From an uncultured Marinilabiliaceae bacterium (GTDB lineage Bacteria; Bacteroidota; Bacteroidia; Bacteroidales; Marinilabiliaceae): a stretch of DNA of 64,000 nucleotides. Positions 28,238-39,059 of the stretch are shown one piece after another (within the stretch, counting starts at the first letter, position 1; every line of letters begins with the position of its first letter). The notes beneath the pieces were generated by a model. The model had not been told where the DNA came from and did not search any database. It saw nothing but the letters and a program-made list of their open reading frames with translations. The DNA lies in assembly GCA_964521525.1 (NCBI GenBank), contig CAZFTD010000001.1, positions 11,630 to 75,629 of the forward strand. Direction: 5' to 3'. The translations under genes were made by a program, and so were the position numbers.

Positions 28238-29206
28238 ATGGGGAACTATACTAACAACTCATATATCAGGCTCTTGTCGGTTTCAACAACTGTTATTGCC
28301 ACAGTAATGGTTATCGGCCTATTTATTCATTCGGCCGACCCTATAGTGAAAACATATGGAGAACAAAATCCTCCAACCGAAAACTTCGTAAAAAGTTATG
28401 CGATTCATGCCTTACCTATTCCTAAACAAATGACATTTGCCAACGAAGAGGTACCACTCAATAAAACCTACGTTCGCGAAAGTTTCGACCGTGAGGTGCT
28501 AGTTAACACTTACTGGCAATCGCAGACATTATTACTGATTAAACGCGCCAACAGATATTTTCCTGTTATAGAGCCAATTTTAAAGGAACAAGGCATTCCC
28601 CAAGACTTTAAATACCTGGCACTGATTGAAAGCGGATTAATGCCTCGCATTGTTTCTCCTGCCGGAGCTGCCGGTATATGGCAATTCATGCCAAATACAG
28701 CCAAGGATTATGGTTTGGAGGTAAATAAGGAAGTTGATGAGCGTTACCATTTAGAAAAATCAACGGTTGCGGCTTGCCGCTACCTTAAAAAAGCTTACGA
28801 AAAATATGGTTCGTGGGCTCTGGCTGCTGCAGCATATAATGCTGGTCCTGCCGGAATTGAACGTCAACTGGGAAAACAAAAATCAACAAGCTATTACGAG
28901 TTGTTATTAGGAGAAGAAACCGGCAGATATGTATTCCGCATTCTGGCTATTAAGCAAATTATTGAAGACCCGCAAAGCTATGGCTTTTATTTTACCGCCG
29001 ATGATTTGTACTACCCTATTCAATATAATGAGATAGAAATTAACGGATCCATTGCAAATATTGCAGATTTTGCAAGCGAAAACGGAATCACATACCGCGA
29101 ACTTAAAGATATGAATCCCTGGCTGCGTGAAACATTTTTAACCAACGCAACCGGTAAAAAATATACGCTTAAAATTCCCAAACCGGGAGCTTTTATCGTG
29201 GATTAA
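28238..29206 (+). CDS. Membrane-anchored lytic transglycosylase (SLT domain)
   Basis: ALIESGLMPRIVSPAGAAGIWQFMPNTAKDYGL and AAYNAGP. Confidence 0.85.
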   Translation: MGNYTNNSYIRLLSVSTTVIATVMVIGLFIHSADPIVKTYGEQNPPTENFVKSYAIHALPIPKQMTFANEEVPLNKTYVRESFDREVLVNTYWQSQTLLLIKRANRYFPVIEPILKEQGIPQDFKYLALIESGLMPRIVSPAGAAGIWQFMPNTAKDYGLEVNKEVDERYHLEKSTVAACRYLKKAYEKYGSWALAAAAYNAGPAGIERQLGKQKSTSYYELLLGEETGRYVFRILAIKQIIEDPQSYGFYFTADDLYYPIQYNEIEINGSIANIADFASENGITYRELKDMNPWLRETFLTNATGKKYTLKIPKPGAFIVD

Positions 29207-29211
29207 TGACG

Positions 29212-30105
29212 TTATAACAACTCAGCATTATTATTGCTATTGCCTTCATCTTCGGTGTCGACATGAATGGTGACTGTTAATCCCATTTTTTCTTCAATTA
29301 TTTTTTCGTACCGGCTGGCAATATTGTGTGCCATTTCAAGGCTGTAGTTTCCGGGCAACATTATATGGAACGTGAGCTCAGTATGATTTCCATAATGATG
29401 TATTTTAAAATGATGAGGATTAAGCGGAACTTGTGCTTCAACTAAGGTTCCGCATTGAATTACCTGCTTTTCGGTTTCCTTGTTAATGCCCTCTCCCAGC
29501 AGTAAACTAACCGAATCTTTCATTATTCCGTAAGTTGTATAAAAAATAAACAGCGAAACTAAAAATCCCAGAAAACTGTCGATCCACCATATCCTATTCC
29601 CAACAAAAATTCCAAAAAGAATAATAACACTTGAAATGGCATCTGAACGGTGATGCCAGCCGTCGGCTATAAGAGAGTTATATCTGTATGCTTTTCCTAT
29701 GATGAGCGAATATCTGGCCATAATCTCTTTTACAATTACCGATGTAACAGTAACCCATATGGCAACAGCACCAAAAACACCTTCCGACTTTTCGCGAAAC
29801 TTTACAATTGATTCAATAAGAAAGTTAAATCCAACAACCGCCAAAAGCACACCCACAACAATGGAAGCTATAAGCTCGGCTCTTCCGTGCCCGTATGGAT
29901 GATTCTTATCGGCTGGGGATTGTGAATATTTAATGCCTACCAAAACAGCCACTGAAGAAACCGAATCGGACAAAGTATGCCATGCATCAGCTATCAATGC
30001 TACAGAGTTTGAAATAATACCTGCCCAAATTTTTAAGGCAAACAGAGCAGTATTTAAAATAATCGAAAGCCAGGTGGCTACTAATGGTTTTTTACTATTT
30101 TTCAC
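29212..30105 (-). CDS. Cation diffusion facilitator (CDF) family transporter
   Basis: 6 TM segments. HTLSDSVSS and HHRSDAISS metal-site motifs. C-terminal cytoplasmic domain. Confidence 0.88.
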   Translation of the reverse strand: MKNSKKPLVATWLSIILNTALFALKIWAGIISNSVALIADAWHTLSDSVSSVAVLVGIKYSQSPADKNHPYGHGRAELIASIVVGVLLAVVGFNFLIESIVKFREKSEGVFGAVAIWVTVTSVIVKEIMARYSLIIGKAYRYNSLIADGWHHRSDAISSVIILFGIFVGNRIWWIDSFLGFLVSLFIFYTTYGIMKDSVSLLLGEGINKETEKQVIQCGTLVEAQVPLNPHHFKIHHYGNHTELTFHIMLPGNYSLEMAHNIASRYEKIIEEKMGLTVTIHVDTEDEGNSNNNAELL

Positions 30106-30145
30106 CGAATTATTAAATATATATCAGGTTTAGACGATTATGGTA

Positions 30146-30526
30146 TTAATAGCTTTTATCAACCGGAAAACCTTGCTTAACCCAGTTTATAAAACCACCA
30201 TCAAGTTCGTAGACCTTTTTGTATTTCATTTTACTTAACAAGGCGATTACTTCTTTTGACCGAACGCCTTTTTCACAATAAATAAATATTGGTGTGTTAG
30301 TATCAATCTTTGCTAACAGGGCTTCCAAAGCATCTTTTTCACCTGCCCATTGAGCATTTGCAATGCGACTTTTCAAAAATTCTTCCTCAACCCTGACGTC
30401 TAATAAAACAGGGTTCTCAGCTTTTTGTAACTCTTGATAAAAATCGGCAGGGCTAAGCTTTATAATTATTATTGCTATGGTAAAAACCCATAAAAGCAAA
30501 ATCTTTGCACAATACATAATCAACAA
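30146..30526 (-). CDS. Rhodanese-domain protein with N-terminal TM anchor
   Basis: LLDVRVEEEF and the active-site loop YCEKGVRS. Confidence 0.8.
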   Translation of the reverse strand: MLIMYCAKILLLWVFTIAIIIIKLSPADFYQELQKAENPVLLDVRVEEEFLKSRIANAQWAGEKDALEALLAKIDTNTPIFIYCEKGVRSKEVIALLSKMKYKKVYELDGGFINWVKQGFPVDKSY

Positions 30527-31635
30527 ATTAAAAAATCTTCAATTATTCTATCAACCTGAAACCAATGCTCTTCTTTACAAATTAAATGGTTGTTTAATAC
30601 TGTTAACCAACCTCTGTCAATCCACTTTTCTGCAGTTTGGTTAAAACCTTGAAAATACTCCGTAAAATTGTTATTACAATGCTCTATATTAATTCCCCAC
30701 ATGGTGCGCAATCCTAGCATTATCATTTCATTGTAACGCTCAGCCCGGCTTAATGTTTCTTCTTCGTGCAATAAATCAAAACGGCCGGTAAGATATTGTT
30801 TAAGATTCGACTTATTCCAAAAGCGTTTATTTTCAACAAACGAATGACTCCCAGGGCCAAAACCCAAATAAGGAACATTTTTCCAGTAAGACGTATTATG
30901 TTGTGAAAAGTATCCCGGGCTACAAAAGTTAGATACTTCGTAATGAACCTTACCGACCTTACTAAGCCCGTAGCAAAGCAGTAAATACTGCTCCAAACTT
31001 TCAACATCGCTCAATTCATTCAAAAAACCATTTCGTTTCAGGCTGAAAAAAGATGTTCCTTTTTCGATGGTTAAATGGTAAGCCGAGATATGTTGTACAG
31101 GCAGACTTTGAAAAACAGCCAGGTTTTCTCGAAAACTTTGTCTGTTGCTCCAGGGTAAGCCATAAATAAAATCAACGCCAATATTATTAAATCCAACTTT
31201 TATAGCATTATCAATTGCCATTTTAGCCTGATGCGAATTATGACGACGTTGCATTTTTTGTAAATCCAAATCATTAAAACTTTGAATCCCTATACTTAAC
31301 CTGTTAAACCCACGGTTAAATATTTCGTTGAGATAAGAAACCGATAAATCGTCAGGGTTGCATTCAACAGTAATTTCAGCTTTATCAGATATAATAAAAA
31401 AGTTTTTAAAAGCATTTAAAATCTCGGTTAAATGCTCAGGCTTGAGTAGTGATGGCGTACCACCTCCGAAATAAATGGTATTAATAGGGTAATTAAAATC
31501 AGTTGCACGTAAAGCTATTTCGCTTTTTAAATTCTCAACAAATTGAGGAATTGACCTCAATTGAGTGGTTTTAAAAAAATCACAATAACCACATCGCGAA
31601 AAACAAAACGGAATATGAATATAAAGTCCGGCCAT
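30520..31635 (-). CDS. hemW: Radical SAM heme chaperone HemW (HemN-like)
   Basis: Start moved to the ATG at 31635 (MAGLYIHIPFCFSRCGYCDF, a CxxxCxxC motif). The 31728 start adds 31 non-conserved residues. Confidence 0.88.
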   Translation of the reverse strand: MAGLYIHIPFCFSRCGYCDFFKTTQLRSIPQFVENLKSEIALRATDFNYPINTIYFGGGTPSLLKPEHLTEILNAFKNFFIISDKAEITVECNPDDLSVSYLNEIFNRGFNRLSIGIQSFNDLDLQKMQRRHNSHQAKMAIDNAIKVGFNNIGVDFIYGLPWSNRQSFRENLAVFQSLPVQHISAYHLTIEKGTSFFSLKRNGFLNELSDVESLEQYLLLCYGLSKVGKVHYEVSNFCSPGYFSQHNTSYWKNVPYLGFGPGSHSFVENKRFWNKSNLKQYLTGRFDLLHEEETLSRAERYNEMIMLGLRTMWGINIEHCNNNFTEYFQGFNQTAEKWIDRGWLTVLNNHLICKEEHWFQVDRIIEDFLIC

Positions 31636-31644
31636 GCTATAGAT

Positions 31645-31660
31645 TGTTTCACGTGAAACA
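31645..31660. promoter_or_regulatory. 16-bp perfect palindrome TGTTTCACGTGAAACA, 10 nt upstream of the hemW start
   Basis: Read directly from the sequence. A near-identical palindrome lies at 46391-46406. Confidence 0.35.
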
Positions 31661-31833
31661 TTCAAAAACAGAAAGTTAAAGGGGTTTATCAACAGTTTTT
31701 CAACAGAAACAAACAGTTTTATTAACAACTTTCAATGGTTATTTGTTAATAAACCAACAAAAATGAATACAAATTCATTTTTTACCAATAATTTTTAAAT
31801 TATAAAGTAAAAGCGTTATTTTGCCAGAAAAAA

Positions 31834-32220
31834 ATGCAAGTAATCGCTTATCTAAAAAAATATCCATTTACCGTTATCAGTGTATCCATAATTCTTTACC
31901 TAAGTTTTATGTCGGTAGGCGGAATTCCCGATAATAAGTTTTTTCAATTTCGTCGTTTCGATTTGATTGTCCATTTTTTAATGTATGCCTTTCTCTCAGT
32001 GGTATTCTTTAGTGAAAGATATAAAAACATCAGGAATGAAAATATTAAGTTGATATGGAAAATATTTCTGGTTTTGATTTGCTTTGGCGCTACCATTGAA
32101 ATTCTTCAACCCGTTTTATCGAACAGAAGCTGTGAATTTTTTGATTTCATGGCCAACATACTTGGCGTTTTTGCAGGCTTTTTCACCCATAGGTTATGGG
32201 TGAAAGTACTAAAGCGATAA
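31834..32220 (+). CDS. VanZ-like membrane protein
   Basis: 128 aa with 4 TM segments. The pattern D...H...Y..L...F....E..Q is typical of VanZ-like proteins. Confidence 0.55.
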   Translation: MQVIAYLKKYPFTVISVSIILYLSFMSVGGIPDNKFFQFRRFDLIVHFLMYAFLSVVFFSERYKNIRNENIKLIWKIFLVLICFGATIEILQPVLSNRSCEFFDFMANILGVFAGFFTHRLWVKVLKR

Positions 32221-32655
32221 AAACAGTTTTTCCTGCTTTTCATAATTGGCGGCTATTGAGCCAATGGTTTCGCTGGTAAAAAACTGCTCTACCTCGCTCC
32301 TAATCTTACTGTACTGCTCGTGAACAGTACATTTTTTTGAACTGTTATCCTTACAATAACACGGACGTGCACCAATAATACAATTATCGAATAACTCACG
32401 ACCATCAATAATGATAATAATATCGAATAATGTAACTTCAAATGGGTCTTTATTAAACGAAAAACCTCCGTTTGGACCACGTAAACTCGACAAAATACCT
32501 TTTCGAACAAAAACCTGCAAAATTTTACTTAAAAATTGCATAGGAATTTCCAGCTCCGAAGCCATTCGCCTCACATTCACTTTTGTTCCTGAAGCCGCTT
32601 TTATTCCAATGTAAATTATAGAACGCAAAGCGTATTTGCATGTCATCGAAAGCAT
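32209..32655 (-). CDS. Rrf2-family transcriptional regulator
   Basis: MTCKYALRSIIYIG..., a winged helix, and a Cys cluster CYCKDNSSKKC. Confidence 0.85.
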   Translation of the reverse strand: MLSMTCKYALRSIIYIGIKAASGTKVNVRRMASELEIPMQFLSKILQVFVRKGILSSLRGPNGGFSFNKDPFEVTLFDIIIIIDGRELFDNCIIGARPCYCKDNSSKKCTVHEQYSKIRSEVEQFFTSETIGSIAANYEKQEKLFLSL

Positions 32656-32660
32656 AATTC

Positions 32661-34046
32661 CTATGTTTTAATTTGCTTGTATTTACACCATTCCTTTCTG
32701 AATGATGATTTTGTATTTATTTGAAATTTACGCTTTTTACCAAAAACATTCATAATAAACGGTGAAAATAATCGTGATTTAAAAAAACTTCCAACGCTAT
32801 TAAACTTAGCCGGTGATTTCATAACCCACTGAAACATTCTAAAAGCTTCTCTATCCTTTAACCCGGTCATATTTTGCTCCACAGCTTGTTTGCGATTGTA
32901 AAGCAATAATTGTGGCAAGTTAATTTTTACCGGACAAACTTCATAGCACCTGCCGCACAAAGAACTGGCAAAGCTCAGATGCTTATAATCGCTGAACGCC
33001 TTTAAATGCGGTGTGATAACTGATCCTATTGGTCCTGAATATACCGCGTTATAAGTATATCCTCCAACATTTTTGTAAATAGGACAAGCATTTAAACAAG
33101 CCCCACACCTGATGCAGGCAAGCGCTTCTGATTGGTGTGGTTTGGAATAAAGATTGGTTCGACCATTATCCAATAAAATAACCACCATTTTCTCAGGGCC
33201 ATTTTTTTCATCGGGTTTGCGCGGCCCTGTTATAAACGAATTGTAAACAGAAACCTGTTGTCCGGTACCATGACAAGCCAATAAAGGCCAAAATAAATCA
33301 AGATGTTTAACACTTGGAATTATTTTCTCGATACCTGCAATTACAATATGAATTTTTGGGTAAGCAATGGTAAACAATCCATTTCCTTCGTTTTCGGTTA
33401 AAGCAATACCACCTTCCTGCGCAATAAGAAAATTGGCACCGCTTATTCCCATACCCGACTCTTCAAATTCCAACCGGAGTTTATCCCTAACATAAGCCGT
33501 TAATCCTTCGGCTGTTTCATCGGGCGAAAGATTAAAAAGTTTATTAAAAAGATTGGCTACATCCTGTCTCGATTTATGCATGGCAGGCGTGAGAATATGG
33601 TACGGCTTCTCCCCGGCTTTCTGAACAATAAATTCGCCAAGATCGGTTTCAATGGCCTCCACTCCTGCTTTTTCAAGTTCTTCATTTAAATGAAGTTCTT
33701 CAGAAGTCATTGATTTACTCTTAACCACCTTTTTTATATTGGCATCTTTTGCAATATCGGTAATAAAGTTAACAGCTTGTTGAGGAGTTTCGGCCCATAA
33801 AACTTCAATGCCATTATTGGTGGCTGCAGTTTCAAATTGCTCCAGATATGCCGGCAGATTTTTTAAAACCGAACGTTTAATAGCAGCGGCTATACTTTTA
33901 GCTCTATTAAGATCATCATATCTATTTAAGCCAAGCTCAAAGGCTGCATCATATTTCGATATATTATAGGCAATAGTATTACGGTGCTTTAAATTAAAAG
34001 CAACATTATCCGAATCGGCTAAAAATTGTTTATGATTACTGTGCAT
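32661..34046 (-). CDS. lutB: LutB-like iron-sulfur protein (LUD domain plus 2x 4Fe-4S)
   Basis: CIRCGACLNACPIY and CGRCYEVCPV clusters. LUD-type region IVIAGIEKIIPS. Confidence 0.8.
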   Translation of the reverse strand: MHSNHKQFLADSDNVAFNLKHRNTIAYNISKYDAAFELGLNRYDDLNRAKSIAAAIKRSVLKNLPAYLEQFETAATNNGIEVLWAETPQQAVNFITDIAKDANIKKVVKSKSMTSEELHLNEELEKAGVEAIETDLGEFIVQKAGEKPYHILTPAMHKSRQDVANLFNKLFNLSPDETAEGLTAYVRDKLRLEFEESGMGISGANFLIAQEGGIALTENEGNGLFTIAYPKIHIVIAGIEKIIPSVKHLDLFWPLLACHGTGQQVSVYNSFITGPRKPDEKNGPEKMVVILLDNGRTNLYSKPHQSEALACIRCGACLNACPIYKNVGGYTYNAVYSGPIGSVITPHLKAFSDYKHLSFASSLCGRCYEVCPVKINLPQLLLYNRKQAVEQNMTGLKDREAFRMFQWVMKSPAKFNSVGSFFKSRLFSPFIMNVFGKKRKFQINTKSSFRKEWCKYKQIKT

Positions 34047-34054
34047 TCAATATT

Positions 34055-34498
34055 TTATCGGCAAAGCGGTATTTTATTGATACGTTGTTCATGGCGCCCA
34101 CCTTCAAAAGGTGTTTCCAGAAACAAGTCAACAACCTTTTTGGCATCATCTACAGAAATAAATCTACCCGGTAAACTACAAATATTGGCATTGTTATGAG
34201 CACGCGCCAACATTGAAATTTCAGGAATCCAACATAAAGCAGCTCTGATGCCCTGATGTTTATTGGCTGTAATATTAATACCATTGCCACTGCCACAAAT
34301 TGTAAAGCCAATTTCGCACTCACCTGTTTCAACAGCACTGGCCAAAGGATGTGCATAATCGGCATAATCAACACTATCAGGTGAATTGGTACCAAAATCA
34401 ACAACTTCAATTCCCTTATTTTGCAAATATTCCTTAAGAATAATCTTTAACTCGTACCCTGCATGGTCACAACCAATTGCAACTTTTTTAAATGTCAT
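34055..34498 (-). CDS. rpiB: Ribose-5-phosphate isomerase B
   Basis: VAIGCDHAGYELK and ICGSGNGI. Confidence 0.9.
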   Translation of the reverse strand: MTFKKVAIGCDHAGYELKIILKEYLQNKGIEVVDFGTNSPDSVDYADYAHPLASAVETGECEIGFTICGSGNGINITANKHQGIRAALCWIPEISMLARAHNNANICSLPGRFISVDDAKKVVDLFLETPFEGGRHEQRINKIPLCR

Positions 34499-35006
34499 TC
34501 CGCTTCAAAATTTTTAGGTTGATGTTTTATTAATTGCGTTCCAAAGATACTAATTATCAGTTCAAAAGTAAAAGCAGTAAATGTGCAAATATTAAAAGTA
34601 TTGCAACCAATAGGTTAATAACAACAAATGGTTAAAATGGTGTTAATAATTTGTGAACTATTAAAAATAACTTTTTAAAAATTTGTGTTGATTTATTCGA
34701 TTTTTTTTTGAACGTTCTTTTATAAAACAGATGTCAAGTTTATTTTTATAGAAAATGTTGATTTTTTTAAACAGCTTTAATCTTAAAAAACACTTTTGAT
34801 TTTAAGGAAAATAATAACTTTGAAATCAATTAACAGTTTGTGAATAACCTAACGTTTCGCTTCATTTTCAAAACATTGTAATTATAATAACTGTTAATAG
34901 AGAGGTTATAAAATAATGCAATGTAAATTTTCAAGGTTTTTGTAGCTTTTTTGTCAACAGTATTAACAGTATAGTATCATCATCATATTATTTTAAAATT
35001 AAATAT

Positions 35007-36002
35007 ATGAATAATAATAGTGAGTGGATAAAAGCGGGGTTTGTTACTGATGATGTTCCTGCTAAAATTAACCTGGTTGAAGAAATAAATCGAATTAAAA
35101 AGGAGAAAAATGCCATAATAATGGCTCATTATTATCAGGTTAAAGAAATACAGGATATTGCCGATTTTGTTGGCGATAGCTTAGCTTTAGCTCAGCATGC
35201 TGCTAAAACATCTGCAGATATTATATTATTGGCTGGTGTATTGTTTATGGGTGAAACGGCTAAAATTCTTTCACCCGACAAAAAGGTTATAGTTCCCGAT
35301 TTAAATGCCGGATGTTCTTTGGCTGATAGCTGTCCGGGCGATGAATTTGAAAAATTTGTAAAACAATATCCCAATCATGTTGTAGTAACCTATGTTAATA
35401 CATCTGCAGCTGTTAAAGCTTTATCTGATATTGTTGTTACAAGTACCAACGCGGTTGGTGTAATTAACAGCATTCCAAAGGATAAACCTATATTATTTGG
35501 TCCCGATAAAAATTTGGGCAATTATTTACAAAGTTTAAGCGGACGCGAAATGGTTTTATGGGATGGAGCTTGTCATGTACATGAAAAGTTTTCAGTGGAG
35601 AAAATTTTGGAATTAAAAGAGCAAAATCCATATGCAAAAATTATAGCACATCCCGAATGTAAGAAACCATTATTGCTTTTGGCCGATTTTGTTGGTAGTA
35701 CAGCTGCTTTATTAAAGTATACCATCGAAAGCAACGAGAATGAGTTTATTGTAGCAACCGAAGCTGGTATTTTGCATCAAATGCAAAAAGCATCACCTCA
35801 TAAATTGTTTATACCTGCCCCACCAATGGATTCAACTTGCGGTTGCAACGATTGTGAGTTTATGAAGTTGAATACATTAAAAAAAGTATATTTATCTTTG
35901 AAGAATGAGTTTCCATTAGTGGAAGTGAATGAAGATGTTCGTAAAAAGGCTTTAATTCCTATACAAAGAATGTTGGAAATATCAAAAGAATTAAAACTTT
36001 AG
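35007..36002 (+). CDS. nadA: Quinolinate synthase
   Basis: IMAHYYQ, DFVGDSL, GVLFMGETAKIL, VTYVNTSA, AHPEC. Confidence 0.92.
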   Translation: MNNNSEWIKAGFVTDDVPAKINLVEEINRIKKEKNAIIMAHYYQVKEIQDIADFVGDSLALAQHAAKTSADIILLAGVLFMGETAKILSPDKKVIVPDLNAGCSLADSCPGDEFEKFVKQYPNHVVVTYVNTSAAVKALSDIVVTSTNAVGVINSIPKDKPILFGPDKNLGNYLQSLSGREMVLWDGACHVHEKFSVEKILELKEQNPYAKIIAHPECKKPLLLLADFVGSTAALLKYTIESNENEFIVATEAGILHQMQKASPHKLFIPAPPMDSTCGCNDCEFMKLNTLKKVYLSLKNEFPLVEVNEDVRKKALIPIQRMLEISKELKL

Positions 36003-36153
36003 CCGATAATAGTTATTTTTCAATATGATTTATAATTTTGAATTTCCTGATTTTTTGTAAAACTTGTAAGCTATAATTTTTAAATTAAGCTGTGTTGTTT
36101 TACTTAAATTATACAAATAATTAACTTTAGCTCAATAAACTAATTATTTTCTG

Positions 36154-36540
36154 ATGAATGAACTATCTTTACTCCTTGTTGAGGATAATATTTTAAATCA
36201 GAAGCTTATATTTTTAAATCTGGTAAAACAGGGTTTTAAGATTGATGTGGCCAATAATGGTTTGGAAGCGGTTGAAAAATTTAGGGAAAGGAAATATAAT
36301 CTGATACTTATGGATTTAATAATGCCCGTAATGGATGGTTTGGAAGCAACAAAGCATATCAGGCATATTGAATCGATTAGTGGAGGCCATACGCCAATTG
36401 TTGGACTTACAGCCAATACGTATGACGCTGATAGGGAAAAGTGTTTGGCAAGCGGAATGGATGAATTTATGACAAAGCCTTTTGACATAGAAATTTTCCA
36501 GGAAATTATTAAAGAGCTTGGCATTGAAATAAACAGTTAA
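36154..36540 (+). CDS. Orphan single-domain response regulator
   Basis: LLLVEDN, ILMDLIMPVMDG, GLTANT, MTKPF. Confidence 0.88.
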   Translation: MNELSLLLVEDNILNQKLIFLNLVKQGFKIDVANNGLEAVEKFRERKYNLILMDLIMPVMDGLEATKHIRHIESISGGHTPIVGLTANTYDADREKCLASGMDEFMTKPFDIEIFQEIIKELGIEINS

Positions 36541-36553
36541 TGCCTCATATTGA

Positions 36554-37573
36554 ATGAGTATTGATATTAGGAAACTTGAAAACAGCATAAATGCTGATAA
36601 AGAAATTGAACAAAAATTACGGCCATTAACTTTTAAAGATTTTAAAGGTCAGTATAAGATTGTAGAAAATCTGGAAGTTTTTGTTAAAGCTGCTTTAATG
36701 CGGGGTGAGGCACTCGACCATGTTTTACTGCACGGACCTCCCGGATTGGGTAAAACTACCCTTTCGAATATTTTAGCTAACGAATTAAATGTAGGGTTTA
36801 AAATTACAAGTGGACCTGTTTTAGACAAACCTGGCGATTTAGCTGGTATTTTAACCAGTTTAGATGATAATGATGTTTTATTTATTGATGAAATACATCG
36901 TTTAAGCCCTGTGGTTGAAGAGTATTTATACTCAGCAATGGAAGATTTTAAAATTGATATTGTTATTGATAAAGGTCCCGGTGCAAAATCTATTCAAATT
37001 GAATTAAATCCATTCACTTTAATTGGTGCTACTACTCGGAGTGGTTTGTTAACCAGTCCGTTACGTGCCAGGTTTGGAATAAATTGTCATTTAGAGTATT
37101 ATGATACCGATATTTTAAGTGCAATTATTGTACGTTCATCAAAAATATTGAATGTTGATATTGTGGATGATGCTGCTAAAGAAATTGCGCGACGAAGTCG
37201 GGGTACACCACGTATTGCCAATGCATTGTTACGAAGAGTACGCGATTTTGCCATGGTTAAAGGCGAGGGATTTATTGACCTTGACATTACAAAGTATTCA
37301 TTAAAAGCATTGAATATTGATGAATATGGGCTTGATGAAATGGATCATAAAATTTTGTTAACCCTTATGGATAAGTTTCAGGGTGGGCCTGTTGGTTTAA
37401 ATACTATTTCTACTGCTATTGGTGAAGACTCAGGTACTATTGAAGAGGTTTATGAACCCTTTTTAATTAAGGAGGGTTTTTTAAAACGTACGCCTCGGGG
37501 ACGTGTTGTTACTACTTTAGCTTATAATCATTTTGGGAGAAATCCTGGAACTATACAAAATTCCTTGTTTTAA
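36554..37573 (+). CDS. ruvB: Holliday junction helicase RuvB
   Basis: [38 protein letters not shown]. Confidence 0.97.
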   Translation: MSIDIRKLENSINADKEIEQKLRPLTFKDFKGQYKIVENLEVFVKAALMRGEALDHVLLHGPPGLGKTTLSNILANELNVGFKITSGPVLDKPGDLAGILTSLDDNDVLFIDEIHRLSPVVEEYLYSAMEDFKIDIVIDKGPGAKSIQIELNPFTLIGATTRSGLLTSPLRARFGINCHLEYYDTDILSAIIVRSSKILNVDIVDDAAKEIARRSRGTPRIANALLRRVRDFAMVKGEGFIDLDITKYSLKALNIDEYGLDEMDHKILLTLMDKFQGGPVGLNTISTAIGEDSGTIEEVYEPFLIKEGFLKRTPRGRVVTTLAYNHFGRNPGTIQNSLF

Positions 37574-37577
37574 ATTT

Positions 37578-39059
37578 ATGAGTGGAAGTTTAAGAGGTCT
37601 TGCCGGTGAAACCATTATCTACGGCGCCACTACTATGTTAGGACGGTTTTTAAACTGGCTATTAATGCCATTGTATATTAGAACTGTTTTACCCGAAGAA
37701 TATGGTGTTGTAGTTAATATTTATAGTGTAATATCCATATTACTTGTGGTTTTTACCTATGGTTTGGAAACGGGTTTTTTTAGATATGCCCGAAAGGGAG
37801 AACAGGAAAACGTTTATAAAACCTCGTTAGTAATGATTGGTAGTACAAGTTTGTTATTAATTGTGCTAACTTTTTTCATGGCTGGTAGTATTAGCGATTA
37901 TTTCTATGACGGAAAATACAGTAATACTTTAATTTTAGTAAGTATTATAGTTGCTTTTGATAGTTTTTTAGCCATTCCATTTGCCAATTTACGGTTACAA
38001 AACAAAGCTCTTCGCTTTGGAATAGTCAAAATAACCAATATCTTATTGAATATTGGATTTAATTTACTCTTTTTATTAGTTATTCCACTTTTAATTCGTA
38101 ATAATTTAATAAGTAATTATTGGCAAGAAGTTTATAATAAAGGTAATGGGGTTTTTTATATTATTCTTAGTAATGTTTTAAGCAGTGTTTTAATAGTACT
38201 TTTCTTTGTTAACGAATTCAGAAGATTAAAAGGTAGCTATGATTATTCTTTATTGGTTAGCTTATTTAAATATTCCTGGCCTGTTTTGGTTGTAGGTATA
38301 ACCGGGATGGTTATTCAAAACAGCGATAAAATACTAATGCCTAAATTATTAGGTGAGAATGGTTTTAAGGAATTAGGAGTTTACGGAGCCAATTTTAAGA
38401 TTGGTGTTTTAATGAGTTTGTTTACACAATCGTTTCGTTTTGCTTTTGAGCCTTATTTTTTTAAAATTCAGGAAAAAGGAAAACAATCCTATGCCAAGGT
38501 AATGGAATATTTTCTGTTTTTTGGAGGTATTATTTTCCTTGGTGTTATGCTATTTATTGATATTATTAATCTGCTTTTAACTAAAGAGTATCTTTATGGA
38601 AATATTATAATTCCGTATGTTTTGTTAGGGCAGTTGTTTTATGGCATTTATTTTAATTTATCGCTTTGGTATAAATTATCAGATAAAACCATTTATGGAG
38701 CGATTTTTGGAATTATGGGAACTGTTATTACAGTATTGTTGAATTTTATATTAATTCCTGAATATGGAATTATTGGTGGTGCTTTAGCAATAATGGCTGG
38801 TTATGGAACCATGATGGTTGTTTCTTTTTTTGTTGGTCAAAAATATTATCGGGTACCTTACTCGTTAAAACAATTGACTTTTATAACCATCGGTATTTTT
38901 TTGGTTTTTATTGTTGATAAAATGGTTTATTTTGATAATCTGATATATAGATTTACTTTTAAAGGAGTTATATTTGTTTCCTTTATAGTTTATTTTCTTA
39001 TCATTAATGGTAATTTAAATTTTTTAATAGGGAAAAAATGGTTGAAATTAAAGTTATAA
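37578..39059 (+). CDS. MOP/Wzx-type polysaccharide flippase
   Basis: Start moved to the ATG at 37578, just after the ruvB stop. About 12-14 TM segments, typical of the oligosaccharide flippase family. Confidence 0.7.
   Translation: MSGSLRGLAGETIIYGATTMLGRFLNWLLMPLYIRTVLPEEYGVVVNIYSVISILLVVFTYGLETGFFRYARKGEQENVYKTSLVMIGSTSLLLIVLTFFMAGSISDYFYDGKYSNTLILVSIIVAFDSFLAIPFANLRLQNKALRFGIVKITNILLNIGFNLLFLLVIPLLIRNNLISNYWQEVYNKGNGVFYIILSNVLSSVLIVLFFVNEFRRLKGSYDYSLLVSLFKYSWPVLVVGITGMVIQNSDKILMPKLLGENGFKELGVYGANFKIGVLMSLFTQSFRFAFEPYFFKIQEKGKQSYAKVMEYFLFFGGIIFLGVMLFIDIINLLLTKEYLYGNIIIPYVLLGQLFYGIYFNLSLWYKLSDKTIYGAIFGIMGTVITVLLNFILIPEYGIIGGALAIMAGYGTMMVVSFFVGQKYYRVPYSLKQLTFITIGIFLVFIVDKMVYFDNLIYRFTFKGVIFVSFIVYFLIINGNLNFLIGKKWLKLKL

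Noticed and set aside
31636-31728. Upstream start for hemW (402-aa version).
   Set aside because: The extra 31 residues are not part of the HemW/HemN fold, and the version starting at MAGLYIHIPFC has the typical length. The region more plausibly holds the promoter and the 16-bp palindrome.
34499-35006. Possible chromosomal replication origin: a long AT-rich spacer with a DnaA-box-like TGTGAATAA at 34839-34847.
   Set aside because: I can find only one sequence fitting the TGTGNAWAA consensus (a second, TGTGCAAAT, has a mismatch). There is no cluster of boxes and no dnaA, dnaN or other origin-linked gene nearby. A divergent promoter region explains the AT-richness.
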